Shown in pieces: positions 37,707 through 48,429 of a stretch of 64,000 nt of DNA (its first letter is position 1; each line of letters starts with the position of its first letter). The DNA comes from Planctomycetota bacterium (GTDB lineage: Bacteria > Planctomycetota > UBA8108 > SXIK01): assembly GCA_965223845.1 (NCBI GenBank), contig CBDCXR010000004.1, forward strand, positions 3,552,001-3,616,000. The letters run 5' to 3'. The position numbers and the translations under genes were made by a program. Under the pieces are notes generated by a model. The model was not told the DNA's origin, made no database searches, and saw only the letters and a program-made list of their open reading frames with translations.

Positions 37707-39017
37707 TCATCGCCGCTCTTCGTCCTCGAGCGGATAGAGGAGGTGCGGGCGCCGGCGCCGCTCGTACTCGGCCAGAGCCGTCCGCCAGTCCGCCGCGATC
37801 GTCTCGACCGAGTCCCCGCGCTCGATCGACTCCCGGAGCGACGCCGTGCCGGCGAGACGATCGAACCTCGGCGCATCGATCGCAAAATCGCCGGGGTAGA
37901 GTCGCTGAAGAGCGACGAGCAGCGCTACGGCGAACTCGACCGGTCGATACCGGAATGGATCGAGAACGTAGACCTCGATGCCCTGACACGACTCGCCCTC
38001 GTACTTCGAGAACCACGGTCGAAAGAGCGCCGGTCGCACCCGACAACCCAATGGACGGAGGCTGCGGATCTCATGCGCGAGTTCGTCGGCGTCGATCCAA
38101 GGCGCACCGACGAGCCGGAACGGACGCGTGGTCCCCCGCCCCTCGCTCACGTTCGTCCCTTCGACGAGAACCATTCCCGCGTAGACGAGTGCGGTCTCGC
38201 GATCGGGGATATTCGGCGACGGCGCGATCCACGGGCGCTCGCCTCGGCCCACACTCCACGCCGAGCGTTCGTATCCGGTCATCGCGATCACTCGGAGAGG
38301 AGCACCGAGCCCGGCCTCCGCGTTGACGAGTCGCGCGAATTCACCCGCCGTCAGGCCGTGACGCAGCGGGAGCGAGTGCGGTCCGACGAACGACGTGAAG
38401 CTCGGCTCGAGGACGGGTCCCTCCGCGCGTCCTCCGAGTGGAACGGGTCGATCGAGCACGCAGACTTCGACATCATTCTCCGCGGCGGCCGCGAGGACCT
38501 CCTTGAGCGTCGCGAGGTAGGTGTACGTACGGACGCCGATGTCCTGAATGTCGAAGAGGACGATATCGATGCCTCGCAGCATCTCCGCGCTCGGGCGTCG
38601 CGTCTCGCCGTAGAGACTGTAGATCGGCAGTGCCGCGCGGGAAGAATGAGCGTCGTCGCCGATCGTCTTCCCCGCCGCCTCGGCGCCGTGCGCACCGTGC
38701 TCGGGCGCAAAGAGACACACGAGCGTGACTCCCGGCGCCCCCTCGAGTCGCTCCACGATTCCGCGGAGCTCCCCGTCGACCGCCGTCGGATTGGCGACGA
38801 CCCCGACCCGCTTCCCGCGAAGTGGAGCGAACTCGCTCGCAGCGAGGACCTCGAGGCCGGTGCGGTAGGCAGTCGTCGTCTCGGGCGGCGACTCATTACA
38901 GCCGGCGACGAACGCGAGCGACGCGGCAGCGACCGCGGCGCGGAGCGATCGATCGACGAGCAGCGAGAATCGTGTCCGCACGGTCTCCGGCCAGAAGCGC
39001 TCGAGCTCAACCATCAT
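37707..39017 (-). CDS. namZ: DUF1343 exo-beta-N-acetylmuramidase (putative lipoprotein)
   Basis: LFAPEHG, SLYG, FDIQDIGVRTYTY, LDRP, RHGLTAGE, WIAPSPNIP, EGTNVSEGRGTTRPF; lipobox-like VAGC. Confidence 0.9.
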   Translation of the reverse strand: MMVELERFWPETVRTRFSLLVDRSLRAAVAAASLAFVAGCNESPPETTTAYRTGLEVLAASEFAPLRGKRVGVVANPTAVDGELRGIVERLEGAPGVTLVCLFAPEHGAHGAEAAGKTIGDDAHSSRAALPIYSLYGETRRPSAEMLRGIDIVLFDIQDIGVRTYTYLATLKEVLAAAAENDVEVCVLDRPVPLGGRAEGPVLEPSFTSFVGPHSLPLRHGLTAGEFARLVNAEAGLGAPLRVIAMTGYERSAWSVGRGERPWIAPSPNIPDRETALVYAGMVLVEGTNVSEGRGTTRPFRLVGAPWIDADELAHEIRSLRPLGCRVRPALFRPWFSKYEGESCQGIEVYVLDPFRYRPVEFAVALLVALQRLYPGDFAIDAPRFDRLAGTASLRESIERGDSVETIAADWRTALAEYERRRRPHLLYPLEDEERR

Positions 39018-39271
39018 TCCCCGTGCTCTTCCCTCTCCGATCCCTCACTCGCATCAACGCCGGCCTCGATCACCCTCCGCCGCCGCGCGCACGCGGTCAA
39101 GGTGAAAGAACCGTCTCGAGCCTTCGGTTTTCGATGGCTCCCCCCGCCGGTCGGACGCGCCCGAGATATAGGACTTTACCGCCCGACCGCACCGGCGTAT
39201 ATCAGCTCGGGTTCGCTCTCGCGCTCCGCTCGAGCGCCAGCGGTCCCGACTCACTCAGCTCGAGGAAACTC

Positions 39272-42013
39272 GTGAAGCGCTTTTTTCTCGTGGACGGCCA
39301 CGCCCAAATCTTTCGTGCCTACTACGCCCCGTTTCAACGACTCTCCTCCCCCACCGGAGAATCCGTCAAAGCGACGCACACGTTCACGCAGATGATCCTC
39401 GCGATCTTGCGGGAACAGCAGCCGGACTATCTGGCGATCGCGATGGATGTCAGCGACTCGACGACGCTTCGGCGAGAGATTGATCCGGAGTACAAGGCGA
39501 CGCGAGAGGAAACGCCGGAAGACCTGCCGGAACAGATCGATCGCATCGTCGAAATCATCGAGACGATGTCGATCCCGATCTTTCGGCTCGCAGGCTACGA
39601 AGCGGATGACATCATCGCGACCGTCGCTGAGCGGCTCGGACCCGAGGTCGAGCTCTTCGTCGTCAGCAAAGACAAGGACCTTTACCAGATCATGGGTGAT
39701 CAGGTCCACCTTTGGGACCCGGTGGACAAGAGAGCCTTCACGGTCGAAGACCTGCGCGCCGCGCACGGCTTCGGACCGGATCTCGCGGTGGAGGTACAGA
39801 CGCTGACCGGCGACTCGACGGACAATGTTCCCGGCGTCAAGGGGATCGGCGTCAAGAAGGCGGTCGCGCTCCTCGATCGATTCGGCTCGGCGGAGAACGT
39901 CCTCGCCCATGCGAGTGAACTCACGCCGAAGATGAGCGAAAACGTACGCGCGTTCGCGGATCAGCTCGACCGCACGCGGCAACTCGTGACGCTGCGGACC
40001 GATGTCCCCATCGAGTTCGATCTCGACGCGTGCCAGACGCACACCGTCCCGACGGACGCGCTGCGCCCGATCTTTCGCTCGCTCCAGCTGCGGCGCCTGC
40101 TCGCGCAGCTCGACGAGATCGACGAAGAGCACGGCGGTGGCGAGGATGCGGGTCGCGGCGAGCCGACGAACGACGCGAGCGACGAGGGAGATTCGACGCC
40201 GAGCCGCCCAAAGGGCGAGTACGAGATCGTCGATACGGAGGAGAAGCTCGATCGGTTCATCGCCGACCTGGAGAAGCAGAGTCGCTTCGCGCTCGACGCG
40301 GAGACGACGTCGCTCCGTCCGCGCGATGCGCTCATCGTCGGACTCGCGTTCTCGTGGAGCACCGGGACGGGATTCTACCTCCCCCTTCGCTCGCACTGGG
40401 GCGAAACGCTTCCGCCGGAGTCGACGATCGAGCGCCTCCGCCCGATCCTCGAAGACGCCGCAGTGGGGAAGTGCGGTCAGAACCTCAAGTACGACATGCA
40501 GGTTCTCCGCGCGGCCGGGATCGAGCTCCGCGGCGTAGAGGACGACTCGATGGTCGCATCGTACTTGCTCCATCCGGAACGAAGCGGTCATTCTCTCGAC
40601 GCCCTCGCGAAGGATCTCCTCGATCACGAAACCATCCCGATCTCGAAGCTCATCGGTTCGGGGAAAGAGGAGGTCTCGATGCTCGACGTCGACCTCGAGC
40701 AGCTCACCGAGTACGCCGCCGAGGATGCCGATGTGGCGTGGCAGCTCTGCGATCGTCTCGGCGAGCAGATCGGGGCGTCGCCGATGGCGGATCTCTATCG
40801 CGATGTCGAGCTGCCGCTCGTCGAGGTCCTCGCCGACATGGAGTACAGCGGCGTCGCGCTCGACACGAAGCTCCTCGAAGAGATCAGCACGGATCTTCGC
40901 GAACGGATCGAAGAGCTTCGCCGTTCGATTTACGACGCGGCCGGCCGGGAGTTCGCGATCGATTCGCCGAAGCAGCTCGGCGTGATCCTCTTCGACGAGC
41001 TCGGGTTTCGCGTGGTCAAAAAGACGAAGACCAGTCGCTCGACCGATGCCGAGGTGCTCGGCGTCCTCAGCGCTGAAACGGCCCACCCGCTGCCCGGCCT
41101 CGTCCTCGACTACCGCGAGCTCACGAAGCTTCTCAGCACGTACGTCGAGCCGCTGCCCGGAATGGTTTCGCCACACTCGGGTCGCCTCCACGCGAGCTTC
41201 CACCAAGCGGTTGCCGCGACCGGACGCCTGAGCTCGTCGAGCCCGAACCTCCAGAACATCCCCGTCCGGACCGAGCAAGGCCGTCAGATTCGCCGCGCGT
41301 TCGTCGCGCGGGACGAAGATCACCGTTTGGTGGTCGCCGACTACTCGCAGATCGAGCTCCGGGTGCTCGCCCATTTTTCCCGCGACGAACAGCTCCTCGA
41401 TGCGTTCGCTCGAGATCGCGACATCCACGCCTTCGTCGCCGCACAGATCGACGGAATTCCGATCGAGGACGTGACGGATGAGCAGCGGACGCGCGCGAAG
41501 GCGGTCAACTTCGGCATCATTTACGGGCAGAGCGCGTTCGGCCTCGCAAAGAACCTCGGCATCTCGCGCGCGGACGCAGCGAGCTTCATCGCCGAGTACA
41601 AAGGCCGCTACCCCGGAATCGTCCGGTTCATGGAGCAGTGCGTCGCGGAGGCGGAAGCCGAAGGACGAGTCTCGACCCTGCTCGGAAGGCAGCGCGTGAT
41701 TCCCGAGATTCACTCGAAGAATCGCATGCGCCGGAACCAGGGCGAGCGCCTCGCGATCAACACGGTCGTTCAGGGAAGTGCGGCCGACATCATCAAGGTC
41801 GCGATGGTGCGATTGCATCGTCGAGTCCGAGACGAGAAGCTCCCGATCTCGCTGCTCATCCAGGTGCACGACGAGCTGCTCGTCGAGTGCCCGCGATCCG
41901 AAACCGAACGGTGCCGCGCGGTCCTCCGCGACGCCATGGAGAACGCGGTCGAGCTGGATGTTCGCCTCCGCGTCGACGTCGGTGAAGGCTCGAACTGGCT
42001 CGAGGCGAAGTAG
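39272..42013 (+). CDS. polA: DNA polymerase I (5'-3' exo, 3'-5' exo and polymerase domains)
   Basis: LVDGH..FRAYY, YEADDIIAT, GDSTDNVPGV, LDAETT, TGRLSSSSPNLQNIP, ADYSQIELR, AKAVNFGIIYG, QVHDELL; GTG start. Confidence 0.97.
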   Translation: MKRFFLVDGHAQIFRAYYAPFQRLSSPTGESVKATHTFTQMILAILREQQPDYLAIAMDVSDSTTLRREIDPEYKATREETPEDLPEQIDRIVEIIETMSIPIFRLAGYEADDIIATVAERLGPEVELFVVSKDKDLYQIMGDQVHLWDPVDKRAFTVEDLRAAHGFGPDLAVEVQTLTGDSTDNVPGVKGIGVKKAVALLDRFGSAENVLAHASELTPKMSENVRAFADQLDRTRQLVTLRTDVPIEFDLDACQTHTVPTDALRPIFRSLQLRRLLAQLDEIDEEHGGGEDAGRGEPTNDASDEGDSTPSRPKGEYEIVDTEEKLDRFIADLEKQSRFALDAETTSLRPRDALIVGLAFSWSTGTGFYLPLRSHWGETLPPESTIERLRPILEDAAVGKCGQNLKYDMQVLRAAGIELRGVEDDSMVASYLLHPERSGHSLDALAKDLLDHETIPISKLIGSGKEEVSMLDVDLEQLTEYAAEDADVAWQLCDRLGEQIGASPMADLYRDVELPLVEVLADMEYSGVALDTKLLEEISTDLRERIEELRRSIYDAAGREFAIDSPKQLGVILFDELGFRVVKKTKTSRSTDAEVLGVLSAETAHPLPGLVLDYRELTKLLSTYVEPLPGMVSPHSGRLHASFHQAVAATGRLSSSSPNLQNIPVRTEQGRQIRRAFVARDEDHRLVVADYSQIELRVLAHFSRDEQLLDAFARDRDIHAFVAAQIDGIPIEDVTDEQRTRAKAVNFGIIYGQSAFGLAKNLGISRADAASFIAEYKGRYPGIVRFMEQCVAEAEAEGRVSTLLGRQRVIPEIHSKNRMRRNQGERLAINTVVQGSAADIIKVAMVRLHRRVRDEKLPISLLIQVHDELLVECPRSETERCRAVLRDAMENAVELDVRLRVDVGEGSNWLEAK

Positions 42014-42174
42014 CCGGAGCGCAGCTCACACGACCAGCCCCGCGGAGCTCGACGGCGCTTCCGGGCAGAGTTGACGCCCGCCGCCAGCGCGGCGATCATC
42101 GGGCTTTCGAAGAGCGAGCCGCCGTAGCGTTCCGCGGTCGCTTCGACTCATCCTCCGCCGGACCTCAATCTCAC

Positions 42175-43431
42175 ATGACCAGCCCGCACCAAGTCCGCGC
42201 CGTGTTCTCGCGCTCGATTCCGATCGTCCTCGTCGCCGCGGTGAGCGCACTCGGAGCTGAACCGAACCGCCCGGAAGCGCCGCGATCGCATCCGGGGTGG
42301 AAGGAGCTCTACAACGGGAAGGACCTGAGCGGCTGGCGCCAACTAGGCGGAAAGGCAAACTACCGCGCCGACGGTGATGCCATCGCCGGGACGACCGTCC
42401 CGCGGACGCCGAACAGCTTCTTGTGCACCGAAAAACACTACGGCGATTTCGTTCTCGAGTACGAATTCAAAGTCGACGAGGAGCTCAACTCCGGCGTGCA
42501 GATCCGCAGCAACAGCCTTCCCGACTATCGGGACGGCCGCGTTCACGGCTACCAAGTCGAGATCGATCCCGATACGAAGCGGAACCGGATGTGGACCGCA
42601 GGAATCTACGACGAAGCCCGCCGGGGTTGGCTCAACGATCTCGCGGAAAACGAAGCCGCGCGCCGGGCGTTCCGCCCCGGAGAATGGAATCGCGTGCGCG
42701 TGACGGCGATCGGCGACTCGATCAAGACGTGGCTGAACGGCGTCCCCGCCGCCGATCTCGTCGATTCGATGACGCTGAACGGATTCATCGCGCTGCAGGT
42801 GCACGGGATCGGGAATCGGAAGGGGGGGCCGTTTACCGTGGCGTGGCGAAAGCTCCGCCTGCAGGATTTCGGCCGGCACGAGTGGACGCCGCTCTTCAAC
42901 CGCAAGGATCTCTCGGGATGGAAAGCGACCCCGGGCGGCACGTGGACCGTGGAAGACGGCGTTCTCGTCGGGCGCAGCTCGGCGACCGAATCGAAGCACG
43001 GGATCCTGCTTTCGACCGAGCCGACGGGCGACTTCACGGTGCGATGCACGTTTCGAGTGCTCAAGGGTGACAGTGGCTTCTACTTTCGCTCGGAGCGCGT
43101 GGCGGGCTCGGTAGGAGTGCACGGGTTTCAGGCGGAGCTCGACCTCACTCCGGAGACGGGTGGGCTCTACGAGACCGGCGGGCGCGGCTGGGTTGTCCAG
43201 CCGGACGAGGCCGCGAAGAAACGATCGAGGTACAAGGCGGGTGAATGGGCCGACCTCACCGTGAGCGCTCACGGTAACCGCGTCGTCGTCCACCTCAACG
43301 GAGTTCGCACCGCAGAAATTCGTGACCCGAAGGGACGCCTGCGCGGGCACCTCGGCCTACAACTCCACGGCGGACAAGACATGCACGTAGAGTTCCGCCG
43401 CATCGAACGACTCGAGCGAGCAGCGAAGTGA
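42175..43431 (+). CDS. Secreted tandem DUF1080 (3-keto-disaccharide hydrolase-like) protein
   Basis: Signal peptide and two units of L.NGKDLSGW...(N/D)SG...G(Y/F)Q.E...W...G...LQ.H. Confidence 0.9.
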   Translation: MTSPHQVRAVFSRSIPIVLVAAVSALGAEPNRPEAPRSHPGWKELYNGKDLSGWRQLGGKANYRADGDAIAGTTVPRTPNSFLCTEKHYGDFVLEYEFKVDEELNSGVQIRSNSLPDYRDGRVHGYQVEIDPDTKRNRMWTAGIYDEARRGWLNDLAENEAARRAFRPGEWNRVRVTAIGDSIKTWLNGVPAADLVDSMTLNGFIALQVHGIGNRKGGPFTVAWRKLRLQDFGRHEWTPLFNRKDLSGWKATPGGTWTVEDGVLVGRSSATESKHGILLSTEPTGDFTVRCTFRVLKGDSGFYFRSERVAGSVGVHGFQAELDLTPETGGLYETGGRGWVVQPDEAAKKRSRYKAGEWADLTVSAHGNRVVVHLNGVRTAEIRDPKGRLRGHLGLQLHGGQDMHVEFRRIERLERAAK

Positions 43432-43465
43432 GCGCCACCGCGCGCGTCGCCGAGAGGACTGCGGT

Positions 43466-44401
43466 GTGGCGACAGCCGCCCGGCGTCGGGAGAGGGCACT
43501 CGCCGGTTGCGGGACGGCCGGTCGCGTGATCGAGCTTCCCGTCGAGGCGGCCCGGGAAATCTTCGAATTCGCCGCATCGCGCTTCGGCGAACTCGAGCTC
43601 ACGGCGGACGACCTTCGCCGAAACCTGTTCGATGATCCCGGATTCCGTCCGGAGTGGTGCCTCGGACGGTTCGGAGGCGCACGACTCGAAGCCGCCGCCG
43701 TCGCAGTCGAACGGCCCGGCGGTCGTGCGCACCTCAAGATCCTCGAAGCGAGCGCCGGAATCGCCGACCGCGGTCAAGTCTTCGACGAACTCTTCGGACG
43801 CATCGCCGGAGTGGGAATGCGCGTCGTTCGTACCGACGGCGCCGCGCCCGTCTACCTGCGTCCGGGCGCCCCCGCGAGGGATGTCGAGTGGGTCGAATTC
43901 CTGCGCGCTCGTGGATTTCGCTCGTTTGAGCAGACGGAGCGGGTCAGCATGACGGTCGACCTCGCCGCGGTTCCGGACGCGAGCGAGCTCATACGACGAC
44001 TCGCCGCGAGCGGTGTCGAGCTCCGCCGAGCGGCGGGGTCGGCCGTCGACGGCTGGATCGCGGACGTCCGTGACTACGCGAACGAGGACTGGGAGTACGA
44101 GATCCGACACGCGGCGGCGGAACCCGGAGCGTTCGTCGACATCGCGGTCGACTCCGATCGAGTGGTCGGTTTCGCCGTAGGTGCGCTTTGGGCGCGGAAC
44201 GCTTTCGGTCCGCTCGCTGTCCATCCGGACTGGTCCGGACGGAGCGTCGGAACGGCTCTCGCCCAGAGCGTCTGCGGCGAGTTGGCGCGGCAAGGAGTCT
44301 CCACCGGCCTCATCAGTTGGGTCGGCCCCGAGGCGTTCTATCGACGCGCGGTGGGCGCAGTGCCGGCGCATCGTTACCACGCGCTCGAGCTCGCTTGCTG
44401 A
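43466..44401 (+). CDS. GNAT-family acetyltransferase (two-domain; start uncertain)
   Basis: C-terminal FGPLAVHPDWSGRSVGTAL...WVGPEAFYRR; N-terminal degenerate GNAT (FLRARGF). Confidence 0.75.
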   Translation: MATAARRRERALAGCGTAGRVIELPVEAAREIFEFAASRFGELELTADDLRRNLFDDPGFRPEWCLGRFGGARLEAAAVAVERPGGRAHLKILEASAGIADRGQVFDELFGRIAGVGMRVVRTDGAAPVYLRPGAPARDVEWVEFLRARGFRSFEQTERVSMTVDLAAVPDASELIRRLAASGVELRRAAGSAVDGWIADVRDYANEDWEYEIRHAAAEPGAFVDIAVDSDRVVGFAVGALWARNAFGPLAVHPDWSGRSVGTALAQSVCGELARQGVSTGLISWVGPEAFYRRAVGAVPAHRYHALELAC

Positions 44402-44620
44402 AGTTCGAGCGGCCGGCTCCGATACGGAACTGCGCTCATCGTTTTCGGAAACCGAGGGGGGATTATCCCCCTCGCGCCGAAGAACCGCCCATCGAACTCC
44501 GATACATCGGCGGCCCCGGATTCGACCGGCGTCCGTACGGACGAACGGAGCGCATGCCGGCCGCCTGAACACCCCTCTGAATAGGGCAGACAACCGAGGC
44601 TCCAGACTGAGAGTACGCAT

Positions 44621-45505
44621 ATGAGAGTATGTATTACAGCCTCCGTCCTTTTCGCCATCAGCCTCCTGGTGACGCCGCATCTCGCGGCCGACAACGGCGC
44701 CAAGGGGAACAATCTCCGTTTCGGTGTCTACACCTCGGACAAACCGACGGTGATGTTCCGAAAATTTCGCCCGATCCTCCACACGCTCGAGAAGCGATTG
44801 TCCGAGAAGCGCGGGACTCCGGTGAAGATTCACCTGCGGATCTTCAAATCTTACGAGGCCGGACGAGAAGGCCTCGTCAAAGGGCAAGTCGATTTCGCGC
44901 GCCTCGGTCCAGCCTCGTACGTTCTCGTGAAGGACTCCGCCCCCGAAACATCGATCCTCGCAATCGAAGAGCGCGGAGGGGAGACATCGTTTGACGGAAT
45001 CATCTTCACGTACGAAGGAAGTGGCCTCTCGCGCGTCGAAGACATTGAAGGGAAGAAGTTCGCGTTCGGAGAACAAACCTCGACGATCGGACGCTACCTC
45101 CCGCAGGCGTTTCTCGCGGAGAAGGGGATCTTTGCGCGCGATCTCGAAAGTTTCGACTATCTGGGACGACACGACCGAGTGACCGCAGCAGTCGCCGCGC
45201 GAAAGTTCCACGCTGGGTCGGCGAAAGAAAGTACGTTCAAGAAGCAGAAGGCCGCGGGACTTGTCGAGCTGGCAAGAGTCAAGAACGTCACGAAGCCGTG
45301 GGTCGCCAGTCCGAAGCTCTCGGCCGACTGGAAGCAGAGCCTTCGCGAATCCCTCCTCGAGCTCAAAGAGAAAGATGCGCTACGCGCCCTCGGGAAGAAG
45401 GCGACGGGGTTTCGCGCCGCCGACGACTCCACCTACGATTCGATTCGAAAAGCGATGAAGGCTTCTCTGCTCTTCGGGGACGAGACGGTCGCGTCGAACC
45501 GGTGA
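44621..45505 (+). CDS. PhnD/SsuA-type periplasmic substrate-binding protein
   Basis: Signal peptide; GQVDFARLGPASYV, GKKFAFGEQTSTIGRYLP, YLGRHDRV..AV. Confidence 0.85.
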   Translation: MRVCITASVLFAISLLVTPHLAADNGAKGNNLRFGVYTSDKPTVMFRKFRPILHTLEKRLSEKRGTPVKIHLRIFKSYEAGREGLVKGQVDFARLGPASYVLVKDSAPETSILAIEERGGETSFDGIIFTYEGSGLSRVEDIEGKKFAFGEQTSTIGRYLPQAFLAEKGIFARDLESFDYLGRHDRVTAAVAARKFHAGSAKESTFKKQKAAGLVELARVKNVTKPWVASPKLSADWKQSLRESLLELKEKDALRALGKKATGFRAADDSTYDSIRKAMKASLLFGDETVASNR

Positions 45506-45637
45506 CCGAACCTCGCAGGATCTCCAACTCGCCGCACCGGATCCGATCGCATCACGCTGGCCTGGCGACGCGATCTCTACCGAGCGTCGAGTGCGCCGGA
45601 CAGTGGGGAATTGTGCAGTTGTAGTTGGTCTGGCGCG

Positions 45638-48400
45638 ATGAAAAGCCTCGGCCCCAAGCTGATCTCGTACGTGCTGGTCACCCTGTTGGCCGGCTACATC
45701 GGGACCGGAGCGCTCGTCCTCCGAAGCGAACGCGAGATGCTCGAGCAAGACCTCAAGCACGACGGGGTCGCGCTCGCCAGCACCATCGCGGGGATGTGCA
45801 TCGAACCGATTCTCACGGCGGACGCCTCGGTCATCGATACGCACATCCGAACCGTCGTCGACACCAATCGACAGATCCGCTCGATCGAGGTCATCGCCGC
45901 CGACGGCGAGACCCTCACTTCGTACGGCGACCTCGTCCGCGAGGACGAGTTGTCGAAGCGGGTCTACACTCGCCCGGTTTCGGTCACGCTCGACGACGGC
46001 TCCGAAGAAGCCATTGGCAGCGTCCGAATCGCGGTCGACTCCGGCCGTTACGAGCGTCTCACTCAAGCTAGCCTCGAGCGCCTCCTCGTCGGCGGCGCCA
46101 TCTCCTTTGTGCTCCTCGCCCTCGTTCTGTCGATCGTGCTCAAGCAGAGGGTCCTCCGCCGGATCCAGATCCTCGATCGCCAAGTCAGCGAGTACTCCGA
46201 TGACGGACTCGAGCACGCCGTCGAGCTCGAAGGCGACGATGAGCTCAGTCGTCTAGCGGCGACGGTGAACACGATGCGCGTTCAGCTCAAGCAGTCGTAC
46301 GACCGGATCCAGGCCCAGTGCGAGGAGCTCCGTCACCTCGATGTGCTCAAGGACGAGCTGCTCGCCAACACGTCACACGAGCTCAAAACTCCGCTCAACG
46401 GAATCCTCGGGCTCACCGAGATCCTCCTCGAGGAAGACTACGATCAGCGCCCGGACCAGCGTGAGGCGATCGAGGACATCCGCGCCTGCGGCGAGCGCCT
46501 GCTCGACATGACGCTCTCGATCCTCACGTTTAGCCGGCTGAAGCAATCGCCCCGCAGCGAATCGAGGACGCGCGAGCACAATCTCGGCGACCACCTGCGC
46601 GAGTGCCTCGTCGACTTGGCGGCGGTCGCGCAGATTCGCGGCGTAGTGCTTCGCGTCGACGTACCGGACGACTTCACCGCCCAGTACCGCCGGAGCGAGC
46701 TCGAGACGATCGTGCGCATCCTCGTTGACAACGCGCTCAAGTACACGGAGGAAGGTGGCGTCGAGGTCCTCGCGGTGCGTTGGCCCGGTCCCGATCGTCC
46801 CGGGTTTCAGCTCGCCGTGCGAGACACCGGAGTCGGAATTCCGGCCGAACGACGTCACCGGGTCTTCGAACCGTTTATCCGCGGCCAGAGCGACCATCGT
46901 CGATCGGGCGGCGGAATCGGTCTCGGGCTCAGCATCGCCACGAAGACCGCCGCGACCATGCCGGCGCTGCTCGAACTCGAGAGCGAAGTGGGCGAGGGGA
47001 CGTGTTGCACGCTGCTCGTTCCCGAGCTCCGCGAGGGTGAAAGTCCCGCGTCCGTACTCGAAACCGTTTCCGCCGCCAGAGTTCCCTGGCCTGGCCGACC
47101 GTCATTTGCGACGACCGACGGAGAAGAGCCGGCACCGGAGCCTGGGCGAGAAGACCGCGCGCCCCAAGCCGCCGAAGCGAATCCCTCCCACGAGTTTCCC
47201 CGTCCCCGGCGCGCCGTCCTCGTCGTCGACGACGAGGCGGTCAATCGGCACGTGCTCGAGAGAATTCTGCGCGGGAAATACTCGGTCAAGTCCGTCGAGA
47301 GCGGCGAGGAAGCTCTCCGCGTCCTTCACTCCCGCCCCGTCGACGTTCTTCTGCTCGATCTGATGATGCCCGGGCTCTCCGGCTTCGACGTCATCGACCG
47401 GATTCGAGCCGACGGCGACCTCTTGGATACGCGCATCATCGTCGTGAGCGCGAAGGGCTCGGTCGACTCGGCCGTGCGCGCCCTCCAGTCCGGCGCCGCC
47501 GACTACGTTCACAAGCCGGTCCGGCCAAAAGAGCTGATCGCTAGAGTCGAGACGCAGGTGACGTTTCTCGAACAGCGCGACCGCCTCGCGCGCGAGATCG
47601 AGCAGCGAAACTCGGCGCTCGAAGTCGCGCAGCACGCCTGCGCCGTGAAGTCGCAGTTCCTCGACAACATGAGCCACGAGATCCGCACTCCGCTGAACGG
47701 CATCGTCGGATTCGCGCAGCTTCTCGAATCGACCGAGCTCTCGCCGGACCAAGCGCAGTACTTGCATGAGCTGACCCGGTCGGCGGCGGATCTCCTCGAC
47801 CTCATCGAGATGATCCTCGACGTCAGTCGCATCGAATCCCGCGGCCTCGACGTCCGCTACGTCGAAGCTTGCCCGATCCGGCTGTTGCGAACCATCGCCG
47901 AGGAGCATGCTGAACGAGCGAAGTCCTCCGAAGTCGGCGTACAGATACGACTCTCCCCCGCGAGCCGACGATCGTATTGGCTTCCCGAATCCACCATTCG
48001 GGTCGCTCTCGATCACGTCGTCGAAAACGCGGTTCGTTTCGGGAAGGGACAAGATGTCTCCATCGCGGCGGCCGTGGTCGAATCCACCGACAACGGCGAC
48101 GCCGAGCTGCACGTCGAGATCGCGGATTCCGGCATCGGCATCCCCGAGGAAGACCACCGCCGCATCTTCGAGCCGTTCTTTCAGGTAGACTCGAGCGACA
48201 CGCGCGCTTACGGTGGCGCCGGCCTGGGCCTCACGCTCGCGCGCTCGGCGCTCCGAGCGGTCCAAGGAACGATCACCGTCGAGAGCGCCCCGGACGAAGG
48301 CAGCACGTTTCGACTGGTCGTTCCCGTTCTCGCGGCGCCCCCGGAGCAGACGGACACGACGGTTCAGGCGACGACGAGCATCGCGACGTCCTCGTCGTGA
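45638..48400 (+). CDS. Membrane hybrid histidine kinase: HAMP-HisKA-HATPase-REC-HisKA-HATPase
   Basis: Two TMs, HAMP (DDELSRLA..VN.M), H-boxes NTSHELKTPL and NMSHEIRTPL, two ATP-binding domains (DTGVGI/GGIGLGL; DSGIGI/GGAGLGL), REC (VVDD..LLDLMMP..KP). Confidence 0.92.
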   Translation: MKSLGPKLISYVLVTLLAGYIGTGALVLRSEREMLEQDLKHDGVALASTIAGMCIEPILTADASVIDTHIRTVVDTNRQIRSIEVIAADGETLTSYGDLVREDELSKRVYTRPVSVTLDDGSEEAIGSVRIAVDSGRYERLTQASLERLLVGGAISFVLLALVLSIVLKQRVLRRIQILDRQVSEYSDDGLEHAVELEGDDELSRLAATVNTMRVQLKQSYDRIQAQCEELRHLDVLKDELLANTSHELKTPLNGILGLTEILLEEDYDQRPDQREAIEDIRACGERLLDMTLSILTFSRLKQSPRSESRTREHNLGDHLRECLVDLAAVAQIRGVVLRVDVPDDFTAQYRRSELETIVRILVDNALKYTEEGGVEVLAVRWPGPDRPGFQLAVRDTGVGIPAERRHRVFEPFIRGQSDHRRSGGGIGLGLSIATKTAATMPALLELESEVGEGTCCTLLVPELREGESPASVLETVSAARVPWPGRPSFATTDGEEPAPEPGREDRAPQAAEANPSHEFPRPRRAVLVVDDEAVNRHVLERILRGKYSVKSVESGEEALRVLHSRPVDVLLLDLMMPGLSGFDVIDRIRADGDLLDTRIIVVSAKGSVDSAVRALQSGAADYVHKPVRPKELIARVETQVTFLEQRDRLAREIEQRNSALEVAQHACAVKSQFLDNMSHEIRTPLNGIVGFAQLLESTELSPDQAQYLHELTRSAADLLDLIEMILDVSRIESRGLDVRYVEACPIRLLRTIAEEHAERAKSSEVGVQIRLSPASRRSYWLPESTIRVALDHVVENAVRFGKGQDVSIAAAVVESTDNGDAELHVEIADSGIGIPEEDHRRIFEPFFQVDSSDTRAYGGAGLGLTLARSALRAVQGTITVESAPDEGSTFRLVVPVLAAPPEQTDTTVQATTSIATSSS

Positions 48401-48429
48401 GTCGATCGACCCTGTCCGCTCGAAGCCCG

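Noticed and set aside
36711-39275. 854-aa plus-strand ORF spanning proB and namZ
   Set aside because: Arg-rich off-frame/antisense artefact overlapping two real genes.
39251-41869. 872-aa antisense ORF opposite polA (also long ORFs opposite the 14175 HEAT gene, GH57-glgA and ppdK)
   Set aside because: Shadow frames of high-GC coding strands; no motifs, and fully overlapping well-supported genes.
44453-44474. CGAGGGGGG-ATTA-TCCCCCTCG hairpin as a terminator
   Set aside because: Strong stem but no U-tract on the plus strand; function cannot be assigned.
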